From positions 1,632,001-1,696,000 of the forward strand of contig CAWGMQ010000004.1 in the NCBI GenBank assembly GCA_963823665.1: DNA of 64,000 bases. The letters run 5' to 3'. The translations under genes and the position numbers were made by a program. Source of the DNA: an uncultured Planctomycetota bacterium. GTDB taxonomy: Bacteria; Planctomycetota; Planctomycetia; Isosphaerales; Isosphaeraceae. Positions within the stretch are counted from its first letter, which is position 1. Every line of letters starts with the position of its first letter. The notes under the pieces are model-generated. The model did not search any database. It saw only the letters and a program-made list of their open reading frames with translations, and was not told the origin of the DNA. Below, in pieces: positions 10,900 to 21,945 of this stretch.

Positions 10900-11147
10900 T
10901 GGCTGCCTCCGATCTCATAGTGATCTTCAGCGACGCTCCGCGCAATAGGAATCATCGCGCTCGACTGAGACAATATCGGTGAACAACGAGCTCCGCAAGC
11001 ATTGAGATGAAATGGGCATCCCTGGCTCACACGCGGCGCGGTAGGGCCTTCGAGCAAGCTGTTGGACTCGATCCTGGTGGGCAAGGCTCCGCAAAACTCA
11101 GGTGCGCCGGGCGGACACATGGCGCCCAAAGTCGAGTTTACTCATGC

Positions 11148-11972
11148 CTAATTATACTGCTGATCGTCCTGACTCTGCGCTCCCGAGTAGTTGACCAAGC
11201 CCTTCAGAACCACGATGACAGTCCCGGAACCTTGGCTGCCGGGCACGGGATGGGCGTCGGGAACATACTTGAAGGTGGCGATTCCGATCCCCATGTTCCA
11301 GTTATCGACACTCGTGGGCGGCCCGAGGCTCCCGGGCGAGCCCGGCGGAGGAGCCAGGGAACCCGACGCAGTGAAGTAATTCGCCGGGAAATTTGAGAAT
11401 CCCGGAAGAGTCGTTCCCGTTCCGGCAAACGCCGTGGACTGCGTCTGGTTGGCGTCGGGTATCCAGTAAAGACTGGTCGGCAAGCCGTTGACCTCCGTTC
11501 CGGTCGGCCCTCGTAGATCAAGAATCTGGAGCGACGAGTTCTGAAGAAAATTGCCGCCGACCAGGCTCATCACGCCAGTCACCGCTTGTCCCTTGTTCAC
11601 CGGCTCGGCGATCTGGTACTGAAAGTGGAACCTCCGCGAGACGTTGCTGGTCATCGGCTTGCCGTAGCCGTGAATGACAAGCGACTGCGTGTCGAACTGG
11701 CCCGGACCAATCGTGTACCGCCCGTAGCCCTTGGCGATGAACGACTCGCGCGACACTTCCGCCGCAGTGGGTTGTGGCGTGCCCGGCGGATAAAGAATCG
11801 GCACGAACTGCTGCACGTCTGGCGCGGGATAGTGCTTGCCCGGCAGCGCAGGTCCCAGCGGGTGCGACGAAGGGAGGTCGCGGCCTTCCAGACTTTCCAG
11901 TCCTGGGCGGCACCGCCGCGTCGCGCGGATGGACGGGCTTTGCGGACGCATGGATTTGACGCTCCCCCTCAT
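11148..11972 (-). CDS. Exported unknown protein, paralog 3 of 3
   Basis: LESLEGRDLPS export motif; shares GxYTIGPxxF, NxLQxSS, LPTxLxW, KYxPD and GLxN blocks with its neighbours. Start 11972 or 11951. Confidence 0.8.
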   Translation of the reverse strand: MRGSVKSMRPQSPSIRATRRCRPGLESLEGRDLPSSHPLGPALPGKHYPAPDVQQFVPILYPPGTPQPTAAEVSRESFIAKGYGRYTIGPGQFDTQSLVIHGYGKPMTSNVSRRFHFQYQIAEPVNKGQAVTGVMSLVGGNFLQNSSLQILDLRGPTGTEVNGLPTSLYWIPDANQTQSTAFAGTGTTLPGFSNFPANYFTASGSLAPPPGSPGSLGPPTSVDNWNMGIGIATFKYVPDAHPVPGSQGSGTVIVVLKGLVNYSGAQSQDDQQYN

Positions 11973-12017
11973 CTTTTTCTTACCGGGGGCCGAGCCCCGA
12001 ATCAGACGGACACGCGG

Positions 12018-12758
12018 CTACGAAATCAACTTGGAAACCGGGCTCACAAGTCGACTTCCATTGATCAAGCCCTGGAACGTGATTATGACCTTGCCCGAGC
12101 CCTGCGTTCCGGGCAGCGGATGGGCGTCCGGCATCCATTTGAGATCCAGCGTTCCCGTGCCCTGGGTGAAGCCCACCGGCGCGGCGTACGTTCCTGCACT
12201 CGTGTTGAAGTCGTAGGTCCAGCTCAAATGCGTCGGCAGAGCAAGCGAGCCTGAGCCTGATGTCGACGTGCCGTTCAAGTCGAGCACCAGCACGCTGCTC
12301 GACTGAAGAATGTTTTCGGGAAAGAGACCGGCCACGCCGGTCAACTGATTGGCAAACGGATCGCCGGGAGTTGCTGTTGCACTCGGATCAGCCGGCGGAA
12401 ACAATTCCAAATTGAATTTGCCCTTGAGAAACTGATCGGACCCACCCGCGACGCCGTAGGCGTGGATCGTGCTCGCTCTGTCCGAAAAGCGAGCCGGCCC
12501 AATTGTGTATTGACCGATCCAGCGCGCGACGAAAAGCTGTCGGTGGACCGCGGCGGGAGTGGGTGTCATCGGCGTCTGCGAGTTCGGTCCGTACAGCAAC
12601 TGCACGGCCTGCTGAATGACGGCGGGATTCGGCAGACCCGCAGCGATAGGGTGCGCAGCTTGGGAAACGACATGCGAGAGCAGGTCGCGGCTTTCCAGGC
12701 CCTCGACTAGAGGACGGCATCGCCGTTTGAAGCCCTCACCCGCGAACTCTCGACGCAT
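12018..12758 (-). CDS. Exported unknown protein, paralog 2 of 3
   Basis: AAGGAG then ATG 12758 (MRREFAGEG...VEGLESRDLLS); same conserved blocks as neighbours. Confidence 0.8.
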   Translation of the reverse strand: MRREFAGEGFKRRCRPLVEGLESRDLLSHVVSQAAHPIAAGLPNPAVIQQAVQLLYGPNSQTPMTPTPAAVHRQLFVARWIGQYTIGPARFSDRASTIHAYGVAGGSDQFLKGKFNLELFPPADPSATATPGDPFANQLTGVAGLFPENILQSSSVLVLDLNGTSTSGSGSLALPTHLSWTYDFNTSAGTYAAPVGFTQGTGTLDLKWMPDAHPLPGTQGSGKVIITFQGLINGSRLVSPVSKLIS

Positions 12759-12808
12759 CGAACAACCACTCCTTCCCGCACATGAGGAACCCCGCGGCCA
12801 AACGTCGT

Positions 12809-13836
12809 CTAATTGATTCCCTTGTAGAGCGGGTTGAGCACGCCCGTGAGATTGATCAATCCCTGCATTCGCACCAGGACAGTGCCTGACTCGATGCGCA
12901 CCTGAGTGCCGGCGATTATCGGGCTGGTACTTGATGTCGATGATCCCCGCTCCCTGATTGAACGCGACCGCTCCACCCGAGCCGCCGGTGAGAGATAGCG
13001 CCTGCTCCGGTCGCGGGGTCGGTGATTGTCGGGGGCGTCGTCGTGTACTGGGGCGTCGAATACGTGCCGCCGGAAACGCCGCCGGGGTCGATCTGGAACG
13101 CGAGGTGCGAGGGCAGCCCATGATCGAGCGTGCTGGGATCATTGCTCGCGACTCCAGGCACGTTGCTCGCCTCGGCGAAAAGTACCGACCCGGATTGGAG
13201 AATGTTCGCGGCAAAAAGCGAAATCAAGCCGACGGTTTGACCGGCGACCGGATCCTCGGTCGTCGGCGTTGCGCTCGGATCGGCCGGCGGAAACAGCAGG
13301 ACCTGGCCTCGTCCGGTGAGGAATTGATTTGATGTCACGTCCCGGCCGTTGCTGAAAATGTGAATGGTCGCCGACTGGTTGGAAAACCGCGGCGGTCCAA
13401 CCGAGTAATGCCCGACAAACTCAACCCAGAATGTCTCGCGACGGATCTCGGCCTGAGACGGTTGAGGAACCGAATACGTGCCGGGTGGGAAGATCTGATT
13501 GCCGACCGAGATCGACTGCGTCGTCGTGATCGGGGCGTAAAGCTGGCCCGCGAGCGAGTTCAAGAACGCTGGATCCACCCAGGACGGCGTCGCAGCGGCC
13601 TGCGCACGCGACGCCGGGTTGAGCCCGGCCTCGGTCTGGACTCGGCTGCTCGTCACGGCATGGCCTGCTGACGAGCTCGATAGCACGCCCGCGGGCTTTT
13701 CGACCATCAGGTTCAAGCTCGGCTCGGCCGGCCGGTGCTTGCTCGATGGCTCGACTTGCACCGCCACCGCCGAAGGCAGGTCGCGACCCTCAAGCCGTTC
13801 GAGGTCTGGCAGGTATCGGCTTGGTCGATGGTACAT
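12809..13836 (-). CDS. Exported unknown protein, paralog 1 of 3 (frameshifts near 13005 and 12895)
   Basis: LERLEGRDLPS motif. C-terminus recovered in other frames: GAGIIDIKYQPD and SGTVLVRMQGLINLTGVLNPLYKGIN*. Confidence 0.75.
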
Positions 13837-13885
13837 GGTCGAAAAGCCCTTCGCCCCCCGGTTCTCGCTCCCACAGTCTCCGAGA

Positions 13886-15494
13886 CTAAGGCATCAGCCG
13901 CTCGCCGACGGCCGTGTTCAGGTCGAGAATCGCGTTGCGATGGCGGATCAGAGCGTCGAAATACGCATGGACGAACTCGTTGTAATCCTGCTGAGCATCG
14001 AGATATTCGTCCATGCCGATTTCACCCCCCATCATCCGCCGTTGCGCCGTGTCTCGCACTTCCTTGGCCGGCGGCAGGATCTCTGTCCGGAACTGCGCAA
14101 CGGCGACCTTGCTCTGTTCTAGCTCTTGAGCAGCGTTCAAGACATCGCTCACGACCACCCGCTCAGCGCTCGCGACTTGAACTGCGGATTGGTGAATATT
14201 GATCTTGGCCCGGGTCACGTTTCCCTGGTTCCGGTTATAAAGCGGGATCGACGCGGTCAGGCCCAGCGTCCAGGAATACGCGCTCGGAACGCCCAGGTAC
14301 GTGTTGTTCTGGAAGGTATAGGGTTGATAGAGGACGAACACATCGGGGTAGGCATTCGCCTTCGCCAGCTTCAAATCGGCCTCGGCACGGCGAACTCCGT
14401 ACTTCCAGGCCAGAAGGTCCGGCCGCTTCTCGATAGCTTTCTTGATCAGCTCCTTCGGCGGCATCGGCAGCCCCTGAAGGATGCCCAACCGGGTCGAGCA
14501 CGTCGATCGAATCCACTTCCTCGAGCGGCAGGTTCAGAATGAGTGCAAACGCACGATTCGCCTTGATCTTGGCCTGCTGCGCATTCTTGACGTTCAGCTC
14601 AGCTTTCTGAACGTTGGCCCTCACCGCCAGATAATCAGCAGGTTTGACGCTCCCTTCCTTCAATCGCACACGTGCAACCGCCTCCAGCTTGACGAGCGCA
14701 TTTCGAGATGCCTCCGTCAGCCGTAGTGTGAGCCCGGCCTGGACAACGCCGACATGGTACGTATAGAGGTTATCGATCTGGTTCCGAATCGCGTCCTGAA
14801 GCTGTGCCTCCACCGCGCTTTTGGCCTCTCGGGCCGATCGCGTCCGCGCCAGCCTCTTGAAGCTCAAGTCGAGAGGGTAATTGATGTTGATGTCGCTTTG
14901 CGGAGGGCCACCCGGCCTCAGAAACGAAAAGTGGCCGTACGGAATGAGCTGAGTATCCGCGTAAAAGATCGGGTTGGCGCGCAGGTTCGCCGTCAAGATG
15001 TCTGCTTCCGACATCGGCACTTCGAGCCTGGCCGCCAGCAGATCCAGGTTCTGCCGCACGAGCTGCTCGATCGACGCATCGAGAGTCATGCCGCCGGCGC
15101 CCTTGGCTAGAGGATAGTTCACAATGTCCACCGGCAGATCCAGCCCCTCGGCCATCTGCGGGGTCTCGAGCGGCGCCGCATTCTGCTTGATCGTCTGCTG
15201 GGCTCCCACGCCGATAAACACAGGCACGCCTGGTGTTGTCAGTGAGCTCGCCGGCACGTGAGCTCCCCCAGGACCCGCCCGGCCGGAAAACGGCGCGTTC
15301 GAGGGCGACCCGAAGTCGGGAAAGTTCGCCGCCCCCAGCGGTTGCCCAACCGCGCTCGCGCCACCTGCGGCGCCCGGTGGAGAGCCGACGTCGAACTGCG
15401 GCCCCTGGCCTCGGGCCGTGGCCGCCGCCAGCAGCAGGATCGCTACCGACGCGGCACCGCTGAAACGTGCAAGTCCGGTCCGGAGGTCCCTCAT
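13886..15494 (-). CDS. TolC/CzcC-family outer membrane protein (frameshift near 14480)
   Basis: Signal peptide; MTLDASIEQLVRQNLDLLAAR, TANLRANP, AIEKRPDL, ASIPLYNRNQGN, DLNTAVG outer-membrane efflux patterns across ORFs 14235-15680 and 13886-14488. Confidence 0.85.
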
Positions 15495-15788
15495 TCGTAT
15501 TCCTCGCCGCCGCCCATCGCTCTCACGACGGTTCCGGCGTACGTCAACGAAAATGATGGGTTTCGCCCAAAACAATACGCCGCAACTCGCTGGCTTCACT
15601 ATTTCTACGCTTTCCAAGCCGTAGGATGGAAAGCCGGTTCGATCGATACCTGAGACCCCGATCGAACCGCCGAAGCGCATTGTCTTCGAATGTTACATCG
15701 GCCCTCTCTGCGCCAAACTCCACCCGATTATCGGGAAAACGCGCAAACTCAGCGCATTCGATAAATTCGATTCAACCCGCATCTTCCA

Positions 15789-16553
15789 CTACTGATCGTG
15801 GGAAAAGGCCAACATCTGAGACAGCCCGATCAGAACCAGATCCGGCTCGATGCGGGCCTCATTTCCTGCCACCGCACGCGCAAGCATCGGCGCGTCGCCG
15901 CCGGTCCAGATCACCCATGAATCGTTTCCAAGGTCGGCCGTCTGTCGAAGCAGGAGCTCGCGCACCGCACCGACGGTGCCCCAGTAGACGCCCGCTTCGA
16001 CGGCCGGACGCGTCGACGCCCCCCAGTGAGGAGGTGTCTGGTGCAGCGCGACCAGCGGCAATTGCGCGGTTTGATGGTGCAGGGCTCGGGCATTGACGGA
16101 GAGCCCCGGCGCAATCGCGCCGCCTTGCCAAATTCCCTGCTTCGAGATCCGCTCGAATGTGATCGCGGTGCCGCAGGATATCACGACTCCCGGCCGGCCC
16201 GCAGGTGCGAGCCCGATCGCCGCGGCCACGGCCAGCGCGCGGTCCGCGCCTGCCGTCTCGGGCTCGATCAGCTCGTTTCGCACGGGAACGTCGCCCGCCG
16301 ATCGAAACCATCGGGCATTGGCGTTGCTCTGTCCGTTCAGGAACGATTGCAGCCGTTCGGCCAGCGGCGGATTCACTGACGAAATGGCCCAATCCGATGG
16401 CGTTCCGGCGGGGCGGTTCCACTTTTCCCAGGCCGCGGCCCAGGCCGCCGAGTCGTCGAGCGACAAGGCGATTGACTCAGCCAGTTGCCCGGTCTGATCG
16501 AGGCGCCCCCACTTGAGCCGGGAGTTTCCCACGTCCGCCACGATCCGCAGCAT
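15789..16553 (-). CDS. coaX: Type III pantothenate kinase
   Basis: ADVGNSRLKWG, ISSVNP, GADR, SCGTAITF, GGAIAPG, WTGGDA. Confidence 0.92.
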   Translation of the reverse strand: MLRIVADVGNSRLKWGRLDQTGQLAESIALSLDDSAAWAAAWEKWNRPAGTPSDWAISSVNPPLAERLQSFLNGQSNANARWFRSAGDVPVRNELIEPETAGADRALAVAAAIGLAPAGRPGVVISCGTAITFERISKQGIWQGGAIAPGLSVNARALHHQTAQLPLVALHQTPPHWGASTRPAVEAGVYWGTVGAVRELLLRQTADLGNDSWVIWTGGDAPMLARAVAGNEARIEPDLVLIGLSQMLAFSHDQ

Positions 16554-16556
16554 GGG

Positions 16557-17612
16557 TCAGCCGCCCGCCGCCGGTGCGACCGTCGCCATCGGCGCGACTG
16601 GCGGCTCGTCCGAGCGCTGCTCATTCGACTGCGCGCCCAGCAACTCGATGATTCTGTGAATCAGTTGCGGAATCCCCCGGCCTGTAACGGCCGAGATTGC
16701 CAGCACTTGATCGCCCAGCTCGCCCTTGATTCGCGCGAAAGCGTCTTCCGCCTCGGTCACGTCCATCTTGGTCACGACGACCAGCTCCGGACGCTCCGCC
16801 AGCGGCTCGCTGTACTTGAAAAGCTCGTTTCGAATCGTGCGGTAATTCTCAACCGGGTCGGTGCCATCGAGCGGCACGGCTTCCACAAGATGGACCAGCA
16901 GCGAAGTTCGCTCGACATGACGCAGAAATTCGTGCCCGAGCCCCAGTCCAGCATGCGCGCCTTCGATCAGCCCGGGTATGTCTGCCACCACGAACGATTG
17001 GTCAAACGCCACGACCGACCCCAGATTCGGGTACTTGGTGGTGAATGGATAGTCGGCAATCTCGGGATGGGCCCGCGAGATGCGTGAGAGTAGCGTCGAC
17101 TTGCCGGCGTTGGGAAGTCCGATCAAGCCGGCGTCGGCGATGACCTTGAGCTCCATCGTGATCCATCGCTCTTCACCGGGATGACCTCTCTCGAATTGCC
17201 GCGGCGCCCGATTCGTCGACGATTTGAAATGAGCATTGCCATGCCCACCGCGGCCTCCTCGTCCCACGATCAATTCATCACCCGCGGACTGGAGGTCCCG
17301 CAGCACGTGGCCGCGCTCACGATCGCGAACGATCGTCCCCGGCGGCACCTCGATCACCAGGTCAATGCCGCCGCGCCCGAAGCAGTCCGACCCTTGCCCG
17401 TGCTCTCCGCGCTCGGCCTTCCAGTGACGCTGATGCGAAAGGTGGGCCAGGTTCGTGTGTCCGAGCGAGCCGCGAATGATCACGTTCCCGCCATGTCCGC
17501 CGTCGCCGCCGTTGGGGCCGCCTCGCGGCGCATATTTCTCACGCCGGAAGCTCAGGCAGCCGTCGCCCCCAGCCCCACCTTGAACGAATATCGCGACTCG
17601 ATCGACGAACAT
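16557..17612 (-). CDS. obgE: GTPase ObgE
   Basis: MFVDRV...GGDGCLSFRREKY..GGPNGGDGG; GLPNAGKST, YPFTT, DIPG. Confidence 0.97.
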   Translation of the reverse strand: MFVDRVAIFVQGGAGGDGCLSFRREKYAPRGGPNGGDGGHGGNVIIRGSLGHTNLAHLSHQRHWKAERGEHGQGSDCFGRGGIDLVIEVPPGTIVRDRERGHVLRDLQSAGDELIVGRGGRGGHGNAHFKSSTNRAPRQFERGHPGEERWITMELKVIADAGLIGLPNAGKSTLLSRISRAHPEIADYPFTTKYPNLGSVVAFDQSFVVADIPGLIEGAHAGLGLGHEFLRHVERTSLLVHLVEAVPLDGTDPVENYRTIRNELFKYSEPLAERPELVVVTKMDVTEAEDAFARIKGELGDQVLAISAVTGRGIPQLIHRIIELLGAQSNEQRSDEPPVAPMATVAPAAGG

Positions 17613-17635
17613 GACCCTCTACCAATCCAGGCAGA

Positions 17636-17914
17636 TCAGCTCTGGGGCGTCGCCGGCATCGGTGCCGGCGCTAGCGGAAGAACGTTGATGCGCCGTCCGT
17701 TTTGATCGAAATGAACCTTGCCGGCGATCAGTGAGTAGATGGTCCAATCGCGCCCGACACCGACGTTCTTCCCGGGCCGCCATGACGTGCCACGCTGCCG
17801 GCAGAGGATGCTTCCCGGCTTGGCAAACTCGCCGCCAAAAAGCTTGATTCCCCACATCTGAGGATTCGAGTCGCGACCGTTTCGACTCGAGCCCTGTCCT
17901 TTTTTATGTGCCAT
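17636..17914 (-). CDS. rpmA: 50S ribosomal protein L27
   Basis: [17 protein letters not shown]...RQRGT...[11 protein letters not shown]. Confidence 0.97.
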   Translation of the reverse strand: MAHKKGQGSSRNGRDSNPQMWGIKLFGGEFAKPGSILCRQRGTSWRPGKNVGVGRDWTIYSLIAGKVHFDQNGRRINVLPLAPAPMPATPQS

Positions 17915-18122
17915 GAGACGAGCGTCCTGGAGCGTGCGTAGTTCAAATCGCGCGGCGCCAGCGAGGATCAAGCGTCCGGCCGACCCAAACGGGGGAATTG
18001 TTTACCCACCCCGCGCGTGATCAATCACTTCGAATCAAACAGGATAACGAACAATTCGACCACTGAGCAAGAGCGGTTGTTTCGACCTCGTTTCGGTCCA
18101 GGCTGACTGCTTCCGGCGGAGC

Positions 18123-18683
18123 TCACTCCTCCGGCTGCTCGAAGATGCTGTCCAGCCGAGCGCGAAATCCGGGCAACACGTCCCCGCCCTCGAGCTCATC
18201 ACCCGGCGCAAGCACGCGGACATCAATCGGAGAACGGTACGCATAAATCTTGAGCTGACGTGGATAGACCACCCAGACGAGCCGCACGCCTACCCGGAAG
18301 TACTCCTCAAGCTTCTCAGCAACCTCGTCGGCTGTATTTGTCGTGCTCACAACTTCGATCGCAAGGTCGGGCACGACCGCCCAGGAGCGGGTTCGTGGAA
18401 CCTGTCGATTTCGAGCCCAACGCGCGAACGAGACGAACGCGACATCCGGCCGCCGCTCGCGATCGATTGTTGGGCGAAGGTCGAAGATCATTTCCTGTAC
18501 GGCTCGGCCAGATGAGTTGTCTCTGACGTATGGGTTCACAAGATCGTATATGACCTTAGCCAACCACACTTCGTACGCACCCATGGGTTTCTCCACGATG
18601 CGGCCATCGACGATTTCGTACAGTCCGTCGGGATCGCTCAGGATCTCGAGGCGATCCTCTTGGGTAGGCATGACCGTGGCCAT
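18123..18683 (-). CDS. Uma2 (DUF820) family putative endonuclease
   Basis: YEIVDG, RRPDVAF, PDLAIEVVS, KLEEYFRVGVRLVWVVYP, VLPGF. Confidence 0.9.
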   Translation of the reverse strand: MATVMPTQEDRLEILSDPDGLYEIVDGRIVEKPMGAYEVWLAKVIYDLVNPYVRDNSSGRAVQEMIFDLRPTIDRERRPDVAFVSFARWARNRQVPRTRSWAVVPDLAIEVVSTTNTADEVAEKLEEYFRVGVRLVWVVYPRQLKIYAYRSPIDVRVLAPGDELEGGDVLPGFRARLDSIFEQPEE

Positions 18684-18869
18684 GGTGTCTCTCCGTTCGC
18701 TCGAACCGGATCGTTCTCCAGCATCATTATTCTATCACTCGCGCGAAGTCCTCGCATTCGAACGGGCTGGACGCCATCCTGATGAATGCGAGCAACGAGT
18801 GGCGTACACACGTTTGTCTGGCTACGCTCAAACAGTATCGACCCCCGGCGGATGAAAGCGAGACAAACG

Positions 18870-19577
18870 ATGCCCCCGAACTCACGTGCCGTGGTCCTTC
18901 TGAGCGGCGGCCTCGACTCCGCCACCGCGATGGCGGAAGCTCGAGCGGCCGGTTTCGAGCGATTCACACTCACCGTCCGGTATGGCCAGCGCCATGCCGT
19001 CGAGATCGAAGCCGCCCGGCGTGTTGCACAATCCCTCGGCTCCTCCCGCCACGTCGAGCTCGAGATCGATCTCCGCGGCTTCGGTGGTAGTGCGCTCACG
19101 GCCGCGTTTGAAGTTCCCAAAGACCGGACCGAAGACGCGATGGCGCACGGCATTCCCATCACATACGTCCCCGCGCGCAACACCGTCTTCCTCTCCCTTG
19201 CGCTTGCATGGGCCGAGACCTTGGACGCGTTCGACATTTTTATCGGCGTCAACTGCGTCGATTACTCGGGGTATCCCGACTGCCGGCCGGAGTTTCTTCG
19301 TGCGTTCGAACAGCTCGCCAACCTGGCCACACGTGCCGGCGTCGAGAATCGCGGGAGTTTTCGGATCCACGCGCCGCTCTTGAACATGGATAAAGAGCAG
19401 ATCATCACGCGCGGCCGAGCGCTCGGCGTCGATTTCAGCCTGACGCATTCTTGCTACGACCCGGCGCCTTCCGGGCTCGCATGCGGACGCTGTGATGCCT
19501 GCCGGATTCGCCGGTCTGCCTTCAACAGGCTGGGGCTTGAAGATCCGATCGCTTACAGCTCACCCGGGGCGCCCTAG
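18870..19577 (+). CDS. queC: 7-cyano-7-deazaguanine synthase
   Basis: [35 protein letters not shown]...CGRCDAC. Confidence 0.96.
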   Translation: MPPNSRAVVLLSGGLDSATAMAEARAAGFERFTLTVRYGQRHAVEIEAARRVAQSLGSSRHVELEIDLRGFGGSALTAAFEVPKDRTEDAMAHGIPITYVPARNTVFLSLALAWAETLDAFDIFIGVNCVDYSGYPDCRPEFLRAFEQLANLATRAGVENRGSFRIHAPLLNMDKEQIITRGRALGVDFSLTHSCYDPAPSGLACGRCDACRIRRSAFNRLGLEDPIAYSSPGAP

Positions 19578-19590
19578 TGTCCCGACAATC

Positions 19591-20340
19591 TCACCAGTAA
19601 ACCCATTCGTACGGTGGGTCGTTCAAATAGATTTCCTTCTCGCTCAGATTGTGCTCGTCGCCGCGCCGGATGAAATCGATCCGGAGCGTCTTGTACTTGA
19701 CGGTCGGCTTGCCGCCGGAAGGCGGCGGTATTTCCTTGTAGCCGTCGGAAAGCCCCCGGACGTAGATGCTGAACCGGTCCGACTTCGGATCCCACTTGTC
19801 CCAGGTGGCGACGCCGAACACTGAGTCGTCGACATCAGGCTTCGTGCTGGGTGGAATCACACCCATGATGTTGACAGCTCCCAGGAGCGGATTCGCCGCG
19901 TCCTCGCGAGCTTGAATCAACGGCACGGCCTGCGGGATGACGTTGTCGTAGAACTTCGTACCTTGCTCGTTCACCATGATGAATTGGGGAACGAAGGTGC
20001 GAGGCTTACCCGTTCGGTTCGTGACCTTGTAATACAGGTAATGAACCTGTTTGCGGCCCTTGCCCGGAATCTCGACCGTCTTGATCCGGAGTGGTTTGAA
20101 CGCGAAATCAAGAACCCAGATGCCGTCCTTATCGCGCGGAAGGAGCGCCGTATTCACGAGTTGCACGTTGAACACATTGCGGTCATGCGGCACCGGAATC
20201 GTCCGCAACTCGGGAACGAGCGGTTTTTCTTCAATGGGCGGTGGATCCACGAGCGGCACGCCGCCCTGCTGAGCAAAGCAGGGGGTCGCGATCATTGCGA
20301 CCAAGAGCGCCGGGATCATCCAGCCGTGAAGGCCGCTCAC
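19591..20340 (-). CDS. Secreted hypothetical protein
   Basis: Long ORF with signal peptide (PCFA-Q) and globular, aromatic-rich body ending YEWVYW; start uncertain. Confidence 0.7.
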   Translation of the reverse strand: MSGLHGWMIPALLVAMIATPCFAQQGGVPLVDPPPIEEKPLVPELRTIPVPHDRNVFNVQLVNTALLPRDKDGIWVLDFAFKPLRIKTVEIPGKGRKQVHYLYYKVTNRTGKPRTFVPQFIMVNEQGTKFYDNVIPQAVPLIQAREDAANPLLGAVNIMGVIPPSTKPDVDDSVFGVATWDKWDPKSDRFSIYVRGLSDGYKEIPPPSGGKPTVKYKTLRIDFIRRGDEHNLSEKEIYLNDPPYEWVYW

Positions 20341-20604
20341 GCCTCGGGCACGCTCGCTCGAACGAAAAATGGACACGGAATCGACTCCCCGTGATACGTG
20401 AGGTATGGCTTGCGGCGACGTATCGAATCGAAAGGTTTGGTCTGCCTCGAGAAGTGAATGGCTCGCAGACTCATTCACATCTAGCCAAAAAACCGTGGTT
20501 GCGTCAACGCGTATTTCGCGATTCTTGGAAATGTAGCAAATCCAGGAAGGATAAACAAACAAATCCCGTCCTGGTTATTGGGGTGCAATCGTGAGCAGGC
20601 TGGG

Positions 20605-20632
20605 TTGAAAGGATCGAAGCGATTCTTACAAT
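20605..20632 (+). promoter_or_regulatory. Sigma70-type promoter for the S1C protease
   Basis: TTGAAA-16 nt-TACAAT, 55 nt upstream of the TTG start. Confidence 0.5.
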
Positions 20633-20687
20633 AAGGGTTAGTCCAATCGATTGCAGGGGAAACGCGTCGGTCGAGGGAGGGTGGCAC

Positions 20688-21740
20688 TTGGTCCTACGCT
20701 GTTTATGGGTTACTGCGGCACTGTGTTTGACGTCAGCGGGAATGCCGGCGCTGCGGGCCGGCGAATTCGAGACCGTGATACTGAAGGACGGACAGCGGGT
20801 TATTGGTGAAATTGTGGCCGAGCGGGCGGCCGCCCTTTACATCGATCTGGGTTACGACATCCTCAGGATCCCCAAAGACCAGGTGCTGCGGCGAGCCAAG
20901 GGGGTTGAAGCGGCGCCCGGTCCGCGCGCCAGTGCCCGGTCTCTTGAGGAGGATAGCTCGGGCTTCTACACGACGGGCGTATTGAAGCCATCCCCGGTCA
21001 AGGAACTGGTTGGCAAGTTCGGCGAAGCGGTGATCTCGATCGAGACGCCGTCGGGCAAGGGCTCGGGGTTCTTGATCAACAGAGATGGGTATGCGATCAC
21101 CAACGATCACGTCATTCAAGGGGAGACCCGCATCTCGGCCATCCTCTACGTGAATGTTCCCGGTGGGTTCAGCCGGCGCCGGATTGAAGACGTGGAAGTC
21201 ATCGCCCTCAATCCGTTCGTCGATCTGGCTCTCCTCAAGTTACCGCTGCCGTCCGACTTGAAACCAAGCCACGTCGTTCTGGGTAATTCTGACGACGTCA
21301 ATGCCGGTGACACCGTTTTTGCGGTGGGAAACCCGCTGGGGCTGGAACGCTCGGTGACGTCCGGCATCGTCAGTAATCGCAGCAGGAGCCTGGAGGGCCA
21401 GCTCTTTCTCCAGACCGACACGGCGATCAATCCGGGCAACTCCGGCGGGCCCTTGTTCAACCAGCGAGGCGAAGTGATCGGCGTGACGAGTCGCGGTTTT
21501 CATGCCGCGTTCGCCGACAACCTGGGTTTTGCGATTCCCGTCTCTTATGTCAAGGAATTCATCCATCATCGGGAAGCCTTTGCATATGACAAGGCCAACC
21601 CGAACAGCGGTTTTCGGTATCTGGACCCTCCACGCCGACAAATTGTGAGCCAACCGGAAGGCTTGAAGGCGCGGACGAGCGGGGGCAAGAAGGCGGCAGA
21701 CTCCACAGGCAAGCCTGACGGGCCCGCGGCCGGGAAATGA
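20688..21740 (+). CDS. Trypsin-like S1C (HtrA-like) serine protease, no PDZ domain
   Basis: Signal peptide; GSGF, TNDHV, DLALL, LQTDTAINPGNSGGPL. Confidence 0.92.
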   Translation: MVLRCLWVTAALCLTSAGMPALRAGEFETVILKDGQRVIGEIVAERAAALYIDLGYDILRIPKDQVLRRAKGVEAAPGPRASARSLEEDSSGFYTTGVLKPSPVKELVGKFGEAVISIETPSGKGSGFLINRDGYAITNDHVIQGETRISAILYVNVPGGFSRRRIEDVEVIALNPFVDLALLKLPLPSDLKPSHVVLGNSDDVNAGDTVFAVGNPLGLERSVTSGIVSNRSRSLEGQLFLQTDTAINPGNSGGPLFNQRGEVIGVTSRGFHAAFADNLGFAIPVSYVKEFIHHREAFAYDKANPNSGFRYLDPPRRQIVSQPEGLKARTSGGKKAADSTGKPDGPAAGK

Positions 21741-21945
21741 AGCCGTCCGCTCGAGGAGAGCCTGGCCTGGTACGCTCTGGCAGGTAGAATTCTCTCATCG
21801 AAGTGAAGTGATTCGTCGGTCACCGCCGGCGGCGGGTCAGGCTTGGAGCCTGGCGCGAGGTGTTTAACCCTGGCTCGTTGCCGGGGTCGCATGACCTACT
21901 CCCTCGTCCGGTGAGCGAGGGGTGCCTAAAACGGAGTTTCATTTG

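Noticed and set aside
15690..15752. Two CCGAT-containing sigma28-like boxes upstream of tolC
   Set aside because: The -35 elements and spacing fit poorly.
18123..19577. Uma2 nuclease plus queC as a 7-deazaguanine or QatABCD-type defence locus
   Set aside because: The genes are divergent, queC is canonical, and no dpdA, TatD or ATPase partners are present.
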